A stretch of DNA of 35,829 nucleotides from a virus (lineage: Duplodnaviria; Caudoviricetes): positions 1-35,829 of IMG/VR virus record IMGVR_UViG_3300014202_000320; one strand, written 5' to 3'. Shown in pieces: positions 1 through 7,773 of the stretch. How positions within the stretch are numbered: position 1 is the stretch's first letter; every line of letters starts with the position of its first letter. The notes under the pieces were generated by a model. It was given only the letters and a program-made list of their open reading frames with translations, was not told the origin of the DNA and searched no databases. The translations under genes were made by a program, and so were the position numbers.

Positions 1-225
1 CTAGGGGGTTTCTTTCTTCTGGTTCCTACGGTTCTGCAACCAGCCAACAAGGATGGTGCCTAGAACGCCTGCCACTGCCGTTGCAGTCGGATTGTTGAGC
101 TGCTTAACGGCATCGATCCAACTGTTAGTTAGCAAAATCAAGCCTGGAAGAGAAGTCTGGAAGGCTGTACGTAGGACTCTTGCTCTACGTTCAGGACTGA
201 GCTTGAAACGCTTAAGGATAGACAA
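1..225 (-). CDS. Putative holin (small 2-TM membrane protein)
   Basis: TTG start with strong GGAGGT RBS; two hydrophobic segments, RVLRTAFQT and WLQN motifs like actinophage holins, basic C-terminus. Confidence 0.6.
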   Translation of the reverse strand: MSILKRFKLSPERRARVLRTAFQTSLPGLILLTNSWIDAVKQLNNPTATAVAGVLGTILVGWLQNRRNQKKETP

Positions 226-401
226 CTTATTTACCTCCTCCCTGTACTAGTGCAAACTGCTAGGTATGGCCTAGTAATAGTTTGTATACCCGAGCAGTGC
301 GAGGGTGGTACGTAGGTAGGTATCAGCATACAAGAGCAAACAAAGAGCATACACTTATGCTCGATTCATTTACCCTAGCACTACGTATGTAGAGCTGTAC
401 T

Positions 402-535
402 ACTGAGGTACCTAGGTACTAAGTACGTAGTACTAAGTACTTACTAGTTAGTACATACGAACGAAGTAAGGGAGGGGGATCTTTTTGTTTGATCCCCTGT
501 ACTTACGAAGTGAGTTAGTACCTAGGTACCTCAGT
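402..535. repeat. Perfect 21-bp inverted repeat with nested inner stem
   Basis: ACTGAGGTACCTAGGTACTAA (402-422) is the exact reverse complement of 515-535; inner GGGGATC/GATCCCC (475-481/491-497) and GTAAG/CTTAC. Confidence 0.9.
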
Positions 536-562
536 CTAGTCAGTGTCGGAAAATCGAGTCAA
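533..562 (-). promoter_or_regulatory. Leftward SigA-like promoter toward holin/terS
   Basis: On - strand TTGACT (562-557), 18-bp spacer, TAGACT (538-533); operator-like site in the spacer. Confidence 0.6.
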
Positions 563-641
563 GTCAGGTAAGATCCGACCCCTTCGCATCCGAGTCATAC
601 AGGCCAAAAGTCCTGGTCAGAGCACAACTTCGTGAGGGTGG

Positions 642-671
642 TTGCATCGGATGATCCAGCGTGCCTAGATT
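642..671 (+). promoter_or_regulatory. Rightward SigA-like promoter for the 812-1711 operon
   Basis: TTGCAT (642-647), 18-bp spacer containing CGGATGATCCA, TAGATT (666-671). Confidence 0.5.
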
Positions 672-811
672 GCTCGCTGTCAAGCCACAACCAACAGACA
701 CAGGGAACGCCTACAGGCTGAATACCAAGAAACAACCTCAACAAATCACATAGCCACGATCGGCCCGCATCCACAAGACACATACGAGTTAGACAACGGA
801 GAAGACAAGTA

Positions 812-1285
812 GTGACAGCAAAGAAGAGGACCATTGAGGTAGACGCTCTACCTGGTGACAGGGTTGAGTATGTCGACCTCCGCAGCAAGGAGACTCGCAC
901 TGGCATTGTGCAGCGAGTGTCCATGGACAAGCAGAAGCGAGTCATCTACACCTTGACCGACCTTGAGCATGGCTCTGCTCGCATGGCTACCAACGTCAAG
1001 GCTCTTCACCCTGTGCACCGGATCAAGGTTGGTGATGTCGTCCGCTTTGACATCCCTCGATCCATGCAGGTTGGCCCCTACTTCCTGAACGCATCGACGT
1101 GGCGCAAGGTCGAAGAGGTGACGGAGCGGTTCATCATTGCCACTGCGCTCGACAAGATCACCAAGGGTCTGCCGCAGGCGTTCAACAAGGCGCACCTGGT
1201 GGACATCGAATGGCGCCAGGACACTGAGCGAGGCTACACCCGTTCGTCTCAGCCCTTCCGCTCGGACGAATACAGCGCACTGTGA
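812..1285 (+). CDS. Hypothetical protein (possible tandem SH3/KOW-like beta-barrels)
   Basis: GGAG RBS, GTG start, repeated PGDRV/VGDVV motifs, GTGA coupling to next ORF. Confidence 0.75.
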   Translation: MTAKKRTIEVDALPGDRVEYVDLRSKETRTGIVQRVSMDKQKRVIYTLTDLEHGSARMATNVKALHPVHRIKVGDVVRFDIPRSMQVGPYFLNASTWRKVEEVTERFIIATALDKITKGLPQAFNKAHLVDIEWRQDTERGYTRSSQPFRSDEYSAL

Positions 1286-1527
1286 CACCGAAGAAGCAGA
1301 CTCTGAACCAGCAAGCCAGCACTGCGGTTGCTGCGTTCCATGTCGACATGCAGGGCTTCAAGAGGCTTGAGCAGATGATGAGCCGTGACCCTGCCAAGGC
1401 GTCAACCGATCGGCTCGGCTCCCGCAAGCTCTCCCCTGTCTCCCGCTCGTGGCGATCCACCTTGGGTGGTGCCTATGGTCAATCGAAGTTCAAAACTGAA
1501 ATTGACACCTACCGTGGCCGCCACTGA
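1282..1527 (+). CDS. Hypothetical protein
   Basis: GTGA overlap with upstream stop; 81 aa. Confidence 0.6.
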   Translation: MTPKKQTLNQQASTAVAAFHVDMQGFKRLEQMMSRDPAKASTDRLGSRKLSPVSRSWRSTLGGAYGQSKFKTEIDTYRGRH

Positions 1528-1711
1528 AACGGTCAAGGCCAAGCGCTTGGGAGCAGGTGACCGCATCATGCTCGCTGGCGAAGTTGTGTCGGTAAAGCAG
1601 GTGGTCAGGTCACCCTCTGGTGACAACCTTGAAGTGCAAGTGTCTGACGCTGAAAGGCGTTCCATGGTCTTGGTGCTCAGTCCTGAGCGCAAGGTCAATC
1701 TAGTCGTCTAG
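1514..1711 (+). CDS. Small beta-barrel-like hypothetical protein
   Basis: In-frame GTG at 1514 of the 1385-1711 ORF; KRLGAGDRIMLAGEVVSV pattern; converges with integrase stop. Confidence 0.55.
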   Translation: MAATETVKAKRLGAGDRIMLAGEVVSVKQVVRSPSGDNLEVQVSDAERRSMVLVLSPERKVNLVV

Positions 1712-2535
1712 AGGTTCACTACCGCCGACTTTGCTCGCTCCGAACCTAGCTCCATATAGATCATGGTGGTGTTCAGGTTCTCATGTCCGAGCAGTTTCGA
1801 CACTAGGGCTACGTCCTCTGTGGCCCTGTAAATCTGCGTAGCAAATCTATGCCTCAACTGGTGAGGCGTACAATCTACGCCTGACGCCTGCATGGCCCTT
1901 GTCAGGGACTTTCCTAGCGTCTCAGTAGCCACTTGAAAAATAGGGCCTTTAGCGCCTTCATAGAGGTAAAACCCTAATTCATCAAGGATGAGGGGATGCA
2001 TAGGCACTATGCGTTCCTTGCTCCCCTTGCCTTTGATCCTTAGTTCCTGGTTCTGCACGTTGACCGCTTCAAAGGTCAGCTCTGCAATTTCAGCCCTGCG
2101 CAATCCTGCGTAGGCGCCGAGTAGAACCCATGTCCTAAGGGGTCTGCGCCAACCAACGAAGAGCAGCACTTTGGCTAGGTCAGCCTCTGATATCGGCCTA
2201 GGCAAAGTCTTGGGTTCTTTGGGCTTCGTCATGCTGACGGCAGGGTTCGTATCTACGTACCCCTCAGCCATCAGAAAGACATAGAACGCCTTAAGATGCT
2301 GTATGTAATGCCTTCGTGACGTAGCGTTCAGGTGATGTAGGTCCAATGATTGTTCTAGGTCTGATGTGCCTGCACTAAACGGATGTTGGTTGATCCGACG
2401 GAATGTGGTGGTTATCACTGTCCGACGAACTTTGATGGTCTTTTCGGCAAGGTATCGGCGGTTACGCTGGTAGTCGCTGAATTCTTGGATGAGTGTTGGG
2501 AGATCCGGTAATGTATCTTCTTTCTGCGCATCCAT
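1708..2535 (-). CDS. int: Tyrosine recombinase/integrase, XerC/D-sized, no arm-binding domain evident
   Basis: Catalytic motifs GLRRAE, KGSKER, HQLRH, LLGH, TMIY; 275 aa. Confidence 0.93.
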   Translation of the reverse strand: MDAQKEDTLPDLPTLIQEFSDYQRNRRYLAEKTIKVRRTVITTTFRRINQHPFSAGTSDLEQSLDLHHLNATSRRHYIQHLKAFYVFLMAEGYVDTNPAVSMTKPKEPKTLPRPISEADLAKVLLFVGWRRPLRTWVLLGAYAGLRRAEIAELTFEAVNVQNQELRIKGKGSKERIVPMHPLILDELGFYLYEGAKGPIFQVATETLGKSLTRAMQASGVDCTPHQLRHRFATQIYRATEDVALVSKLLGHENLNTTMIYMELGSERAKSAVVNL

Positions 2536-2540
2536 GCCGC

Positions 2541-3011
2541 TTATCCCTCACCCTTGGCTCTTTTGGCTAGGCGGCGAAGGGTACCAGGAGTGTTGGAATT
2601 AACCTCACCTCCATGCACATAGCGTCCGCTAAACGTACGTAGCTCACGGAGCGTAGCGTTTGGGTTGGTCAGCACAGTGAGTGGCAGACGTAGCATCGTT
2701 GCAAGGGCTACGGCTTCTTCAACAGGGATATTCGTTACACCATTCAGGCGATCCCTGAGCGCACCAACGCTTATGCCCATGTAGTCGGCAACTTGCTGAT
2801 GCGTCATGCCACGGTCCCGCATGGCCTCACGAAGCACGAACCGAACGTGCCGCCGAAGCTCTGCAACCTGGTCCGTGTATGACTTGTCTGCTCGATCGGC
2901 GTAGGACCCCTTAGGGACCCCTTGGTGACCACCTCTGGCCTGTAAGCCAGCTTGAGTGGTCGACCCTCTCGATCCGATGGGGCGAACGTTGTTGGCCTTA
3001 CGTTGCGGCAT
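2541..3011 (-). CDS. XRE-family HTH immunity repressor
   Basis: MRDRGMTHQQVADYMGISVGALRDRLNG helix-turn-helix; co-oriented with int, divergent from the early operon. Confidence 0.85.
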   Translation of the reverse strand: MPQRKANNVRPIGSRGSTTQAGLQARGGHQGVPKGSYADRADKSYTDQVAELRRHVRFVLREAMRDRGMTHQQVADYMGISVGALRDRLNGVTNIPVEEAVALATMLRLPLTVLTNPNATLRELRTFSGRYVHGGEVNSNTPGTLRRLAKRAKGEG

Positions 3012-3245
3012 GGTAACCGTTCCCTTGTCTGGTTATCTGCTGTCGGGTAGTCCGTCAGAGTACCCCGGTACCCCCATCTATACGCCTTTGAACACCGATA
3101 GTCGATGCCCCTGATTGGGTAACAACCAGGGGCACCGGAAGATCCCACGTCAGAGCCTCACAGGGGCCATCTACGGCCCTGCGGAGAGCAGGAAGGACGA
3201 TCACCCCTGGCAACCGCCAAGAGCCGCCCTGAGCGGCCGCTAGAG

Positions 3246-4229
3246 GTGCCTCAGCCGAAGCCGGTGCCATCGAGCTACCGGGCGCCGGACGGCAAGTGGC
3301 ACCACCACATCAGACAGTCAGACATCACGACGTTTCGCCAATGTCCTGAACTGCGACGTTTGGACATGCTTAAGCAGTTCAAGCGTAGAGACAACGACAC
3401 TGCTGGTCTAGGGACAGCAGCTCACGAAGGCTTCCGCTACACCTGTGAGCACACTCGCCTAGGTGACACTGTGTCCCTTGAGCTGGCAACCGATGCAGCT
3501 CAAGAGGCTTGGTCAGAGATATGGGCTAACGAAGCAACCCACATCACGGAGATAGCAACCGAACGTGAGGGATTGATCTTGGTTGCCGATGTCATGCGAC
3601 GTTGGTGGCACGAGATATGGTTGCCCTACTTCGCTGACGCTCAGATTCTTGAGGTCGAACAGCCCTTCACTGTGTTGGTCTATGAAGACGAATACAGGTG
3701 CATCTATCTGCAAGGTACTTACGACCTTAGGGTGCCTCGCAAAGCCTGCGACTGGAAGACCAGTAACAAGGCTTACAGCGGTAGAGACGCATGGAAGTAC
3801 CAGCGTCACTATTCGTCTGTGCAGCACATCGTTTACCCTTGGGCCATCGATGTGATGCTAGGGCTTGACCCTTTGGCCGGCGCACAAAGCCGGCGGACTG
3901 GTGACCAAGAGCTGAGTCACAGCTTTACGTATTTCGTGATTCCTAGGGAGCCAAAAGGGGCGAGCATCCCTAGCACTGACAGCCTTCAGATCAGGCCAAC
4001 GGTTAGCGATTGCGCATTTCTCCTAGAGGAAATGTTGGGTTGGTGCTACCTGATCGAAGCTGAGCTACCGCAGTGGCCTCTAGGGCCAACTGATTGGTGG
4101 TGCTCATCGAAGTGGTGTCCTGCATGGGATCAGTGCAGGGGACTGCATCACGGACCAGATCCATGGGGACTGGTTCAGCGAATGACAGACAATCTCAACA
4201 AGAAAGGTTACAAAGCTAATGGCAAGTGA
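3246..4229 (+). CDS. PD-(D/E)XK Cas4/RecB-like exonuclease
   Basis: QCP, GTAAHE, EVE, GTYDL, DWKTS motifs and C-terminal CSSKWCPAWDQC cluster. Confidence 0.85.
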   Translation: MPQPKPVPSSYRAPDGKWHHHIRQSDITTFRQCPELRRLDMLKQFKRRDNDTAGLGTAAHEGFRYTCEHTRLGDTVSLELATDAAQEAWSEIWANEATHITEIATEREGLILVADVMRRWWHEIWLPYFADAQILEVEQPFTVLVYEDEYRCIYLQGTYDLRVPRKACDWKTSNKAYSGRDAWKYQRHYSSVQHIVYPWAIDVMLGLDPLAGAQSRRTGDQELSHSFTYFVIPREPKGASIPSTDSLQIRPTVSDCAFLLEEMLGWCYLIEAELPQWPLGPTDWWCSSKWCPAWDQCRGLHHGPDPWGLVQRMTDNLNKKGYKANGK

Positions 4230-4860
4230 CGACACTGTTAAGGTGTATGTGCAGTTCGGTCGCAAGAAGCAGGTTGCTCCGTACGAAATGGCGGAGATGA
4301 GCTGTGCAATCGAGCAGACTTTCTCCGGTGATGTGGACCCTGACGACCTGCTCGCCACCATGAAAGACCTTGCTCTCAGCGTGAAGTCACAGACCCTGCT
4401 TGAGCTTGGACTGCCCTTTGAGCAGGACGACGCTACTGGCCTTATCATGGAAATCTTCCCTGGTGCTGAGGTGATCGAGAGTCACCCTGCTGGCAAGGTC
4501 GCTAGCAAGGCGTCGGTAACCTCCATCGGATCGAAGGCCAAGCGCAAGCCTGTCGAAGTCGTTGAGGACGACGAAGACGAAGAGGAAGAGGACATCGAGG
4601 AAGAGGACGACGAAGAGGAAGAGGAGCCTACTCCCCCGCCGAAGAAGAAGGCCAAGGCTCCGTTCGTTCCCAAGTCTGAGCGTGATGAGCATTTCTTGGA
4701 CTTGATGACCAATCCCAACAACTGGAAGCCTGTTGAGTCCGACAATCCCAAGGCGCCTGACTTCCGTCACAAGTCGTTGAAGAAGCCTGGCACTGACTTC
4801 GCTGTCAGTCTGTGGCTGAGGGATGCACCCAAGGGCTTCGTTAACCCTTTCGAGGACTAG
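4219..4860 (+). CDS. Putative ssDNA-binding protein with acidic linker and C-terminal PDF motif
   Basis: NPNNW...NPKAPDFRHK...LWL resembles the OSB PDF motif; long D/E tract; position between nuclease and helicase. Confidence 0.65.
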   Translation: MASDDTVKVYVQFGRKKQVAPYEMAEMSCAIEQTFSGDVDPDDLLATMKDLALSVKSQTLLELGLPFEQDDATGLIMEIFPGAEVIESHPAGKVASKASVTSIGSKAKRKPVEVVEDDEDEEEEDIEEEDDEEEEEPTPPPKKKAKAPFVPKSERDEHFLDLMTNPNNWKPVESDNPKAPDFRHKSLKKPGTDFAVSLWLRDAPKGFVNPFED

Positions 4861-4874
4861 AACAGCTATGGAGA

Positions 4875-5021
4875 GTGGTGCACCCTTCGTTCGTTGCTGG
4901 CTTCGCTACGGTCGACGGCAAGGTGGTTGCTTGTGCGCCTATCCTGCGGAGGAAGCTGGACTACTGGCGCACCATCGCTGAGCCTGTGCTTGACAGGCTG
5001 TCGGATGTTCCGCTAGGTTGA
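4875..5021 (+). CDS. Small hypothetical protein (or -1 frameshift extension of the upstream gene)
   Basis: Frame reads LWRVVHPSFVAGFATVDGKVVACAPILRRKLDYW...; protein-like; first start codon is GTG 4875; not in the ORF track. Confidence 0.5.
   Translation: MVHPSFVAGFATVDGKVVACAPILRRKLDYWRTIAEPVLDRLSDVPLG
4990..5019 (+). promoter_or_regulatory. SigA-like promoter with operator in spacer
   Basis: TTGACA (4990-4995), 18 bp, TAGGTT (5014-5019); CGGATGTTCCG at 5002-5012; AGCCTGT/ACAGGCT inverted repeat over the -35. Confidence 0.7.
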
Positions 5022-5058
5022 TGGCCGAACCAAACGCCCCTACCAAACGGAGCACGAA

Positions 5059-5520
5059 ATGCCTGCCAAGACCAAGACCAACGCTGTGTCGACTACCCCG
5101 GTCAAGCGTGGCCGAGCCGCCAAGCCTGTCGCTGAGCCTGTCGAGGACTTCGAGGACACCGAAGAGGTGGAGACCGAAGAGGGAGAGGACTACGAAGAGG
5201 CTGACAACGGCGTTGGTGCGGTCGACCCTGACGCCCTGGTCTTCGGTGAGCTTCCCGCCCGAGTGCGAGGCATGAGCGGTGGCCGATGGGCGCCGATCAT
5301 TGAGAAGCTTCAGGCCAACCCCATGAAGTGGGCCGTGGTTGGTCAGTACACCAGCTCTGCGAACCGTCCGAAGCCGCTGCTTCGTGCGCACATCGAGCTG
5401 GCAACTCGTGCCACCACCAGCGTCAACGCTCAGGGCAAGCCGCTCTTCGATCTGTGGGGTCGCTACAATCCTGAGGCTTTCGCTGAGGTTGTGGAGGACA
5501 TGGAAGAGGACGAAGGCTGA
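5059..5520 (+). CDS. Hypothetical protein (basic N-terminus, acidic tract, folded C-domain)
   Basis: GGAG RBS, ATG, biased codon usage; downstream of strong promoter. Confidence 0.8.
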   Translation: MPAKTKTNAVSTTPVKRGRAAKPVAEPVEDFEDTEEVETEEGEDYEEADNGVGAVDPDALVFGELPARVRGMSGGRWAPIIEKLQANPMKWAVVGQYTSSANRPKPLLRAHIELATRATTSVNAQGKPLFDLWGRYNPEAFAEVVEDMEEDEG

Positions 5521-5533
5521 GCCTTCCAAGATC

Positions 5534-5600
5534 GCCCCTGGGGTCTGGTGCTGTTGCCCAATGTTTGCGACGGCTACTAGCTAGGCCAGGCCCTAGGGGT
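5534..5600 (+). terminator. Long intergenic hairpin (terminator or processing site)
   Basis: 15-bp stem 5534-5548/5586-5600 plus inner 8-bp stem 5550-5557/5567-5574 with G-U pairs on + strand. Confidence 0.55.
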
Positions 5601-5629
5601 TATCCCTGACAGAAAGACAACCGAATAGA

Positions 5630-6613
5630 TTGCTCACGAAGAAGAAACTTCAGGAGAGCAACGCTTTAGGGACCGGCCTTAGTGCCGGTCTTTTTCGTAC
5701 TCTAGAAGCGATTGCTACCCATGAAGTCAAGATTGAAGGAGTCAGTACAGGTCTGCCGTCCATAGACGCCCTGACAGGTGGTCTAAGGCCAGGCAAGTTG
5801 AACTTAGTAGGAGGATACGCAACCAACGGTAAGACGGCCCTGATGGCCTCTGTAGGGGTCCGTACGATGGCAGAGGATGCACCATTTCTGTTCATCAGTG
5901 TGGACGACAGCGATGATACGTTGCTGAGCAAGCTGCTGGCGATGATCTATGACCTACCGATGAGCGATGTCATGCACAAGGGTCCCAAGTGGCGCAAGGC
6001 TCAGGTTAAAGACCTTGAGGGACAGCTCTTCATTGCGACCCCTCAGGACTCATCGAGCTACACAGCAGACCAAGTGCTCACCATCTATGACATGGTGACG
6101 GATTTTTGGGGGCGACCCCCTAGGGTGGCCTGCTTCGATTACATGTCGCTCTTGAGCACCAGTGGTGATGATGGAGGGGGTTACAACGTCAAGGACAAAG
6201 CTCAACGTCTGAAGCAGGTAGCACGGCAAACGCTAGATACGGTCTGGCTTGTGGGTCACCAGTGCAAGAAGGATGCAGGCCAAGACTGTCCGGCCTTGAA
6301 CTTGAATCACCTCGAGTACGGTGGTCACCAAGAGGCTGATGGGGTCGTCTTGGGCTGTAGGCGCAACGTCACTACCACTCAGCTTCCCAAGTGGGAGCAA
6401 GAGCTAGAGCGAGAAACGCCTACGGTGAATGTATCTGTGATGAAGAACAAAATCACTGGCAAGACATCACCTGACCCTGCTGGTACGTCCTATGTGATTG
6501 ACCCTGTGTCTGGCATCCTGCGGCCGTTCACTGCTGACGAAATGCGCATACGTGACCTGAAGGGACGCAAGGTGCAGATGGGTGCACCTGTGCAATTCAA
6601 TCGAAAGGACTAG
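5630..6613 (+). CDS. DnaB-like replicative helicase (SF4 C-terminal domain)
   Basis: STGLPSIDALTGGLRPG, Walker A GYATNGKT, FDYMSLL, HQ, EADGV, KNK motifs. Confidence 0.9.
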   Translation: MLTKKKLQESNALGTGLSAGLFRTLEAIATHEVKIEGVSTGLPSIDALTGGLRPGKLNLVGGYATNGKTALMASVGVRTMAEDAPFLFISVDDSDDTLLSKLLAMIYDLPMSDVMHKGPKWRKAQVKDLEGQLFIATPQDSSSYTADQVLTIYDMVTDFWGRPPRVACFDYMSLLSTSGDDGGGYNVKDKAQRLKQVARQTLDTVWLVGHQCKKDAGQDCPALNLNHLEYGGHQEADGVVLGCRRNVTTTQLPKWEQELERETPTVNVSVMKNKITGKTSPDPAGTSYVIDPVSGILRPFTADEMRIRDLKGRKVQMGAPVQFNRKD

Positions 6614-7567
6614 GTGAGCGTTTCATGGGCCACCGCTAGAACCTTTGGTGACCTTATGGCCGGCCGACTTGATGCATATTTTGTAAGCGGTCGGGTGAAG
6701 GGTGGCTTTGCAAAACGGAGTAGGGTCACCACTGAGCTGTTCGTCAAACACCTAAGAGGCAAGGTCGAAATAGGGACCTACCCTGTGCGTGATGATGCAA
6801 CCTGTAAATGGTCCTGCATCGACATTGACAACGGCAATGATGAAGAGGCATTCGAGCAGGCTTTAGACCTTCAGCGAGCATGGTCCCTGTTCGGTGTAGT
6901 CGCATGGATTGAGCGAAGCAGGAGCAAGGGCTATCACGTTTGGCTGTTCCACGATGGCTGGATATCCGCCCGCACTGCTCGCTACGCAGGACTATGGGTT
7001 AATCACATCAGCGAGGTTAACTCCCCTGAGGTGAACCCTAAGAACGTCGCACCATGGCTAGTGACTGGTGGGTTGGTCAACACGGTTCGCACTCCGTACA
7101 GCGGACAGGCCAACCCTGGTCGCATGGTCATGGTGGATACGGAAGGGAAGGCTATTGAACTTACTGACTTCATTGAAGCTGCATCTGCTCAGAAGGTTGG
7201 AGCGGAGACTTTACAAGGTGTATCGGAACGCTGGAAGAGGCACCTTAGCGCTACGTCTAGAGAGGGTAACGTTACGTCTGGACGCAGGTCTATTGATGCT
7301 GAGTTTCAGGGCATGGGCGTACGCATACGAAGCGAGTCGCAAGCAGCCGCACAAATCCTCAGAGGTAAACGGCTCATCGTACAGGGTGAGAGAGACAACC
7401 AATTTCACACCATTGCCAACTATCTGCGCAACACGGAGGTTTCATACCAGGAAGCGTTACGTGCCATTGAGGGGGTCTGGCGAGAACAGCTAACGGACAA
7501 GGCAGGGTTTCCCCTGTCTGATGCAATAGCCAAGGTGAACAGAGCATATGGTTATCGTAGAGGTTGA
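6614..7567 (+). CDS. AEP-superfamily primase (TOTE-primase-like) with PriCT-like C-terminus
   Basis: IGTYP, CIDID, ERSRSKGYHVWLF, VRTP motifs; C-terminal GERDNQFHTIANYLR. Confidence 0.8.
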   Translation: MSVSWATARTFGDLMAGRLDAYFVSGRVKGGFAKRSRVTTELFVKHLRGKVEIGTYPVRDDATCKWSCIDIDNGNDEEAFEQALDLQRAWSLFGVVAWIERSRSKGYHVWLFHDGWISARTARYAGLWVNHISEVNSPEVNPKNVAPWLVTGGLVNTVRTPYSGQANPGRMVMVDTEGKAIELTDFIEAASAQKVGAETLQGVSERWKRHLSATSREGNVTSGRRSIDAEFQGMGVRIRSESQAAAQILRGKRLIVQGERDNQFHTIANYLRNTEVSYQEALRAIEGVWREQLTDKAGFPLSDAIAKVNRAYGYRRG

Positions 7568-7772
7568 GGTACAGCCAAGTCCGGACATCTTAGCCGACAG
7601 TGAGACAGATCATTACGTCTGCTGCATGGACGTGAACCTTTCACTATGTGGCATGGACGTAACAGACTCTGAGCTTGACAGCTTGCGAGAGGAATACACT
7701 TGCATAGTGTGCGCTGACCTTGAGGCCAACGCTCCTAACTTCTGCCCAAAGTATTCTATCTGTAAAGGATGA
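7548..7772 (+). CDS. Small Cys/His-rich putative metal-binding protein
   Basis: HYVCC, LCG, CIVC, C..C motifs; 74 aa. Confidence 0.65.
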   Translation: MVIVEVEVQPSPDILADSETDHYVCCMDVNLSLCGMDVTDSELDSLREEYTCIVCADLEANAPNFCPKYSICKG

Positions 7773-7773
7773 A

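Noticed and set aside
1708-2535. Host xerC/xerD or integron integrase
   Set aside because: Context is a phage repressor operon with no host genes or attC cassettes.
3246-4229. CRISPR-associated Cas4 or CRISPR system
   Set aside because: No repeat-spacer array or other cas genes seen; solo Cas4-like nucleases are common in phages.
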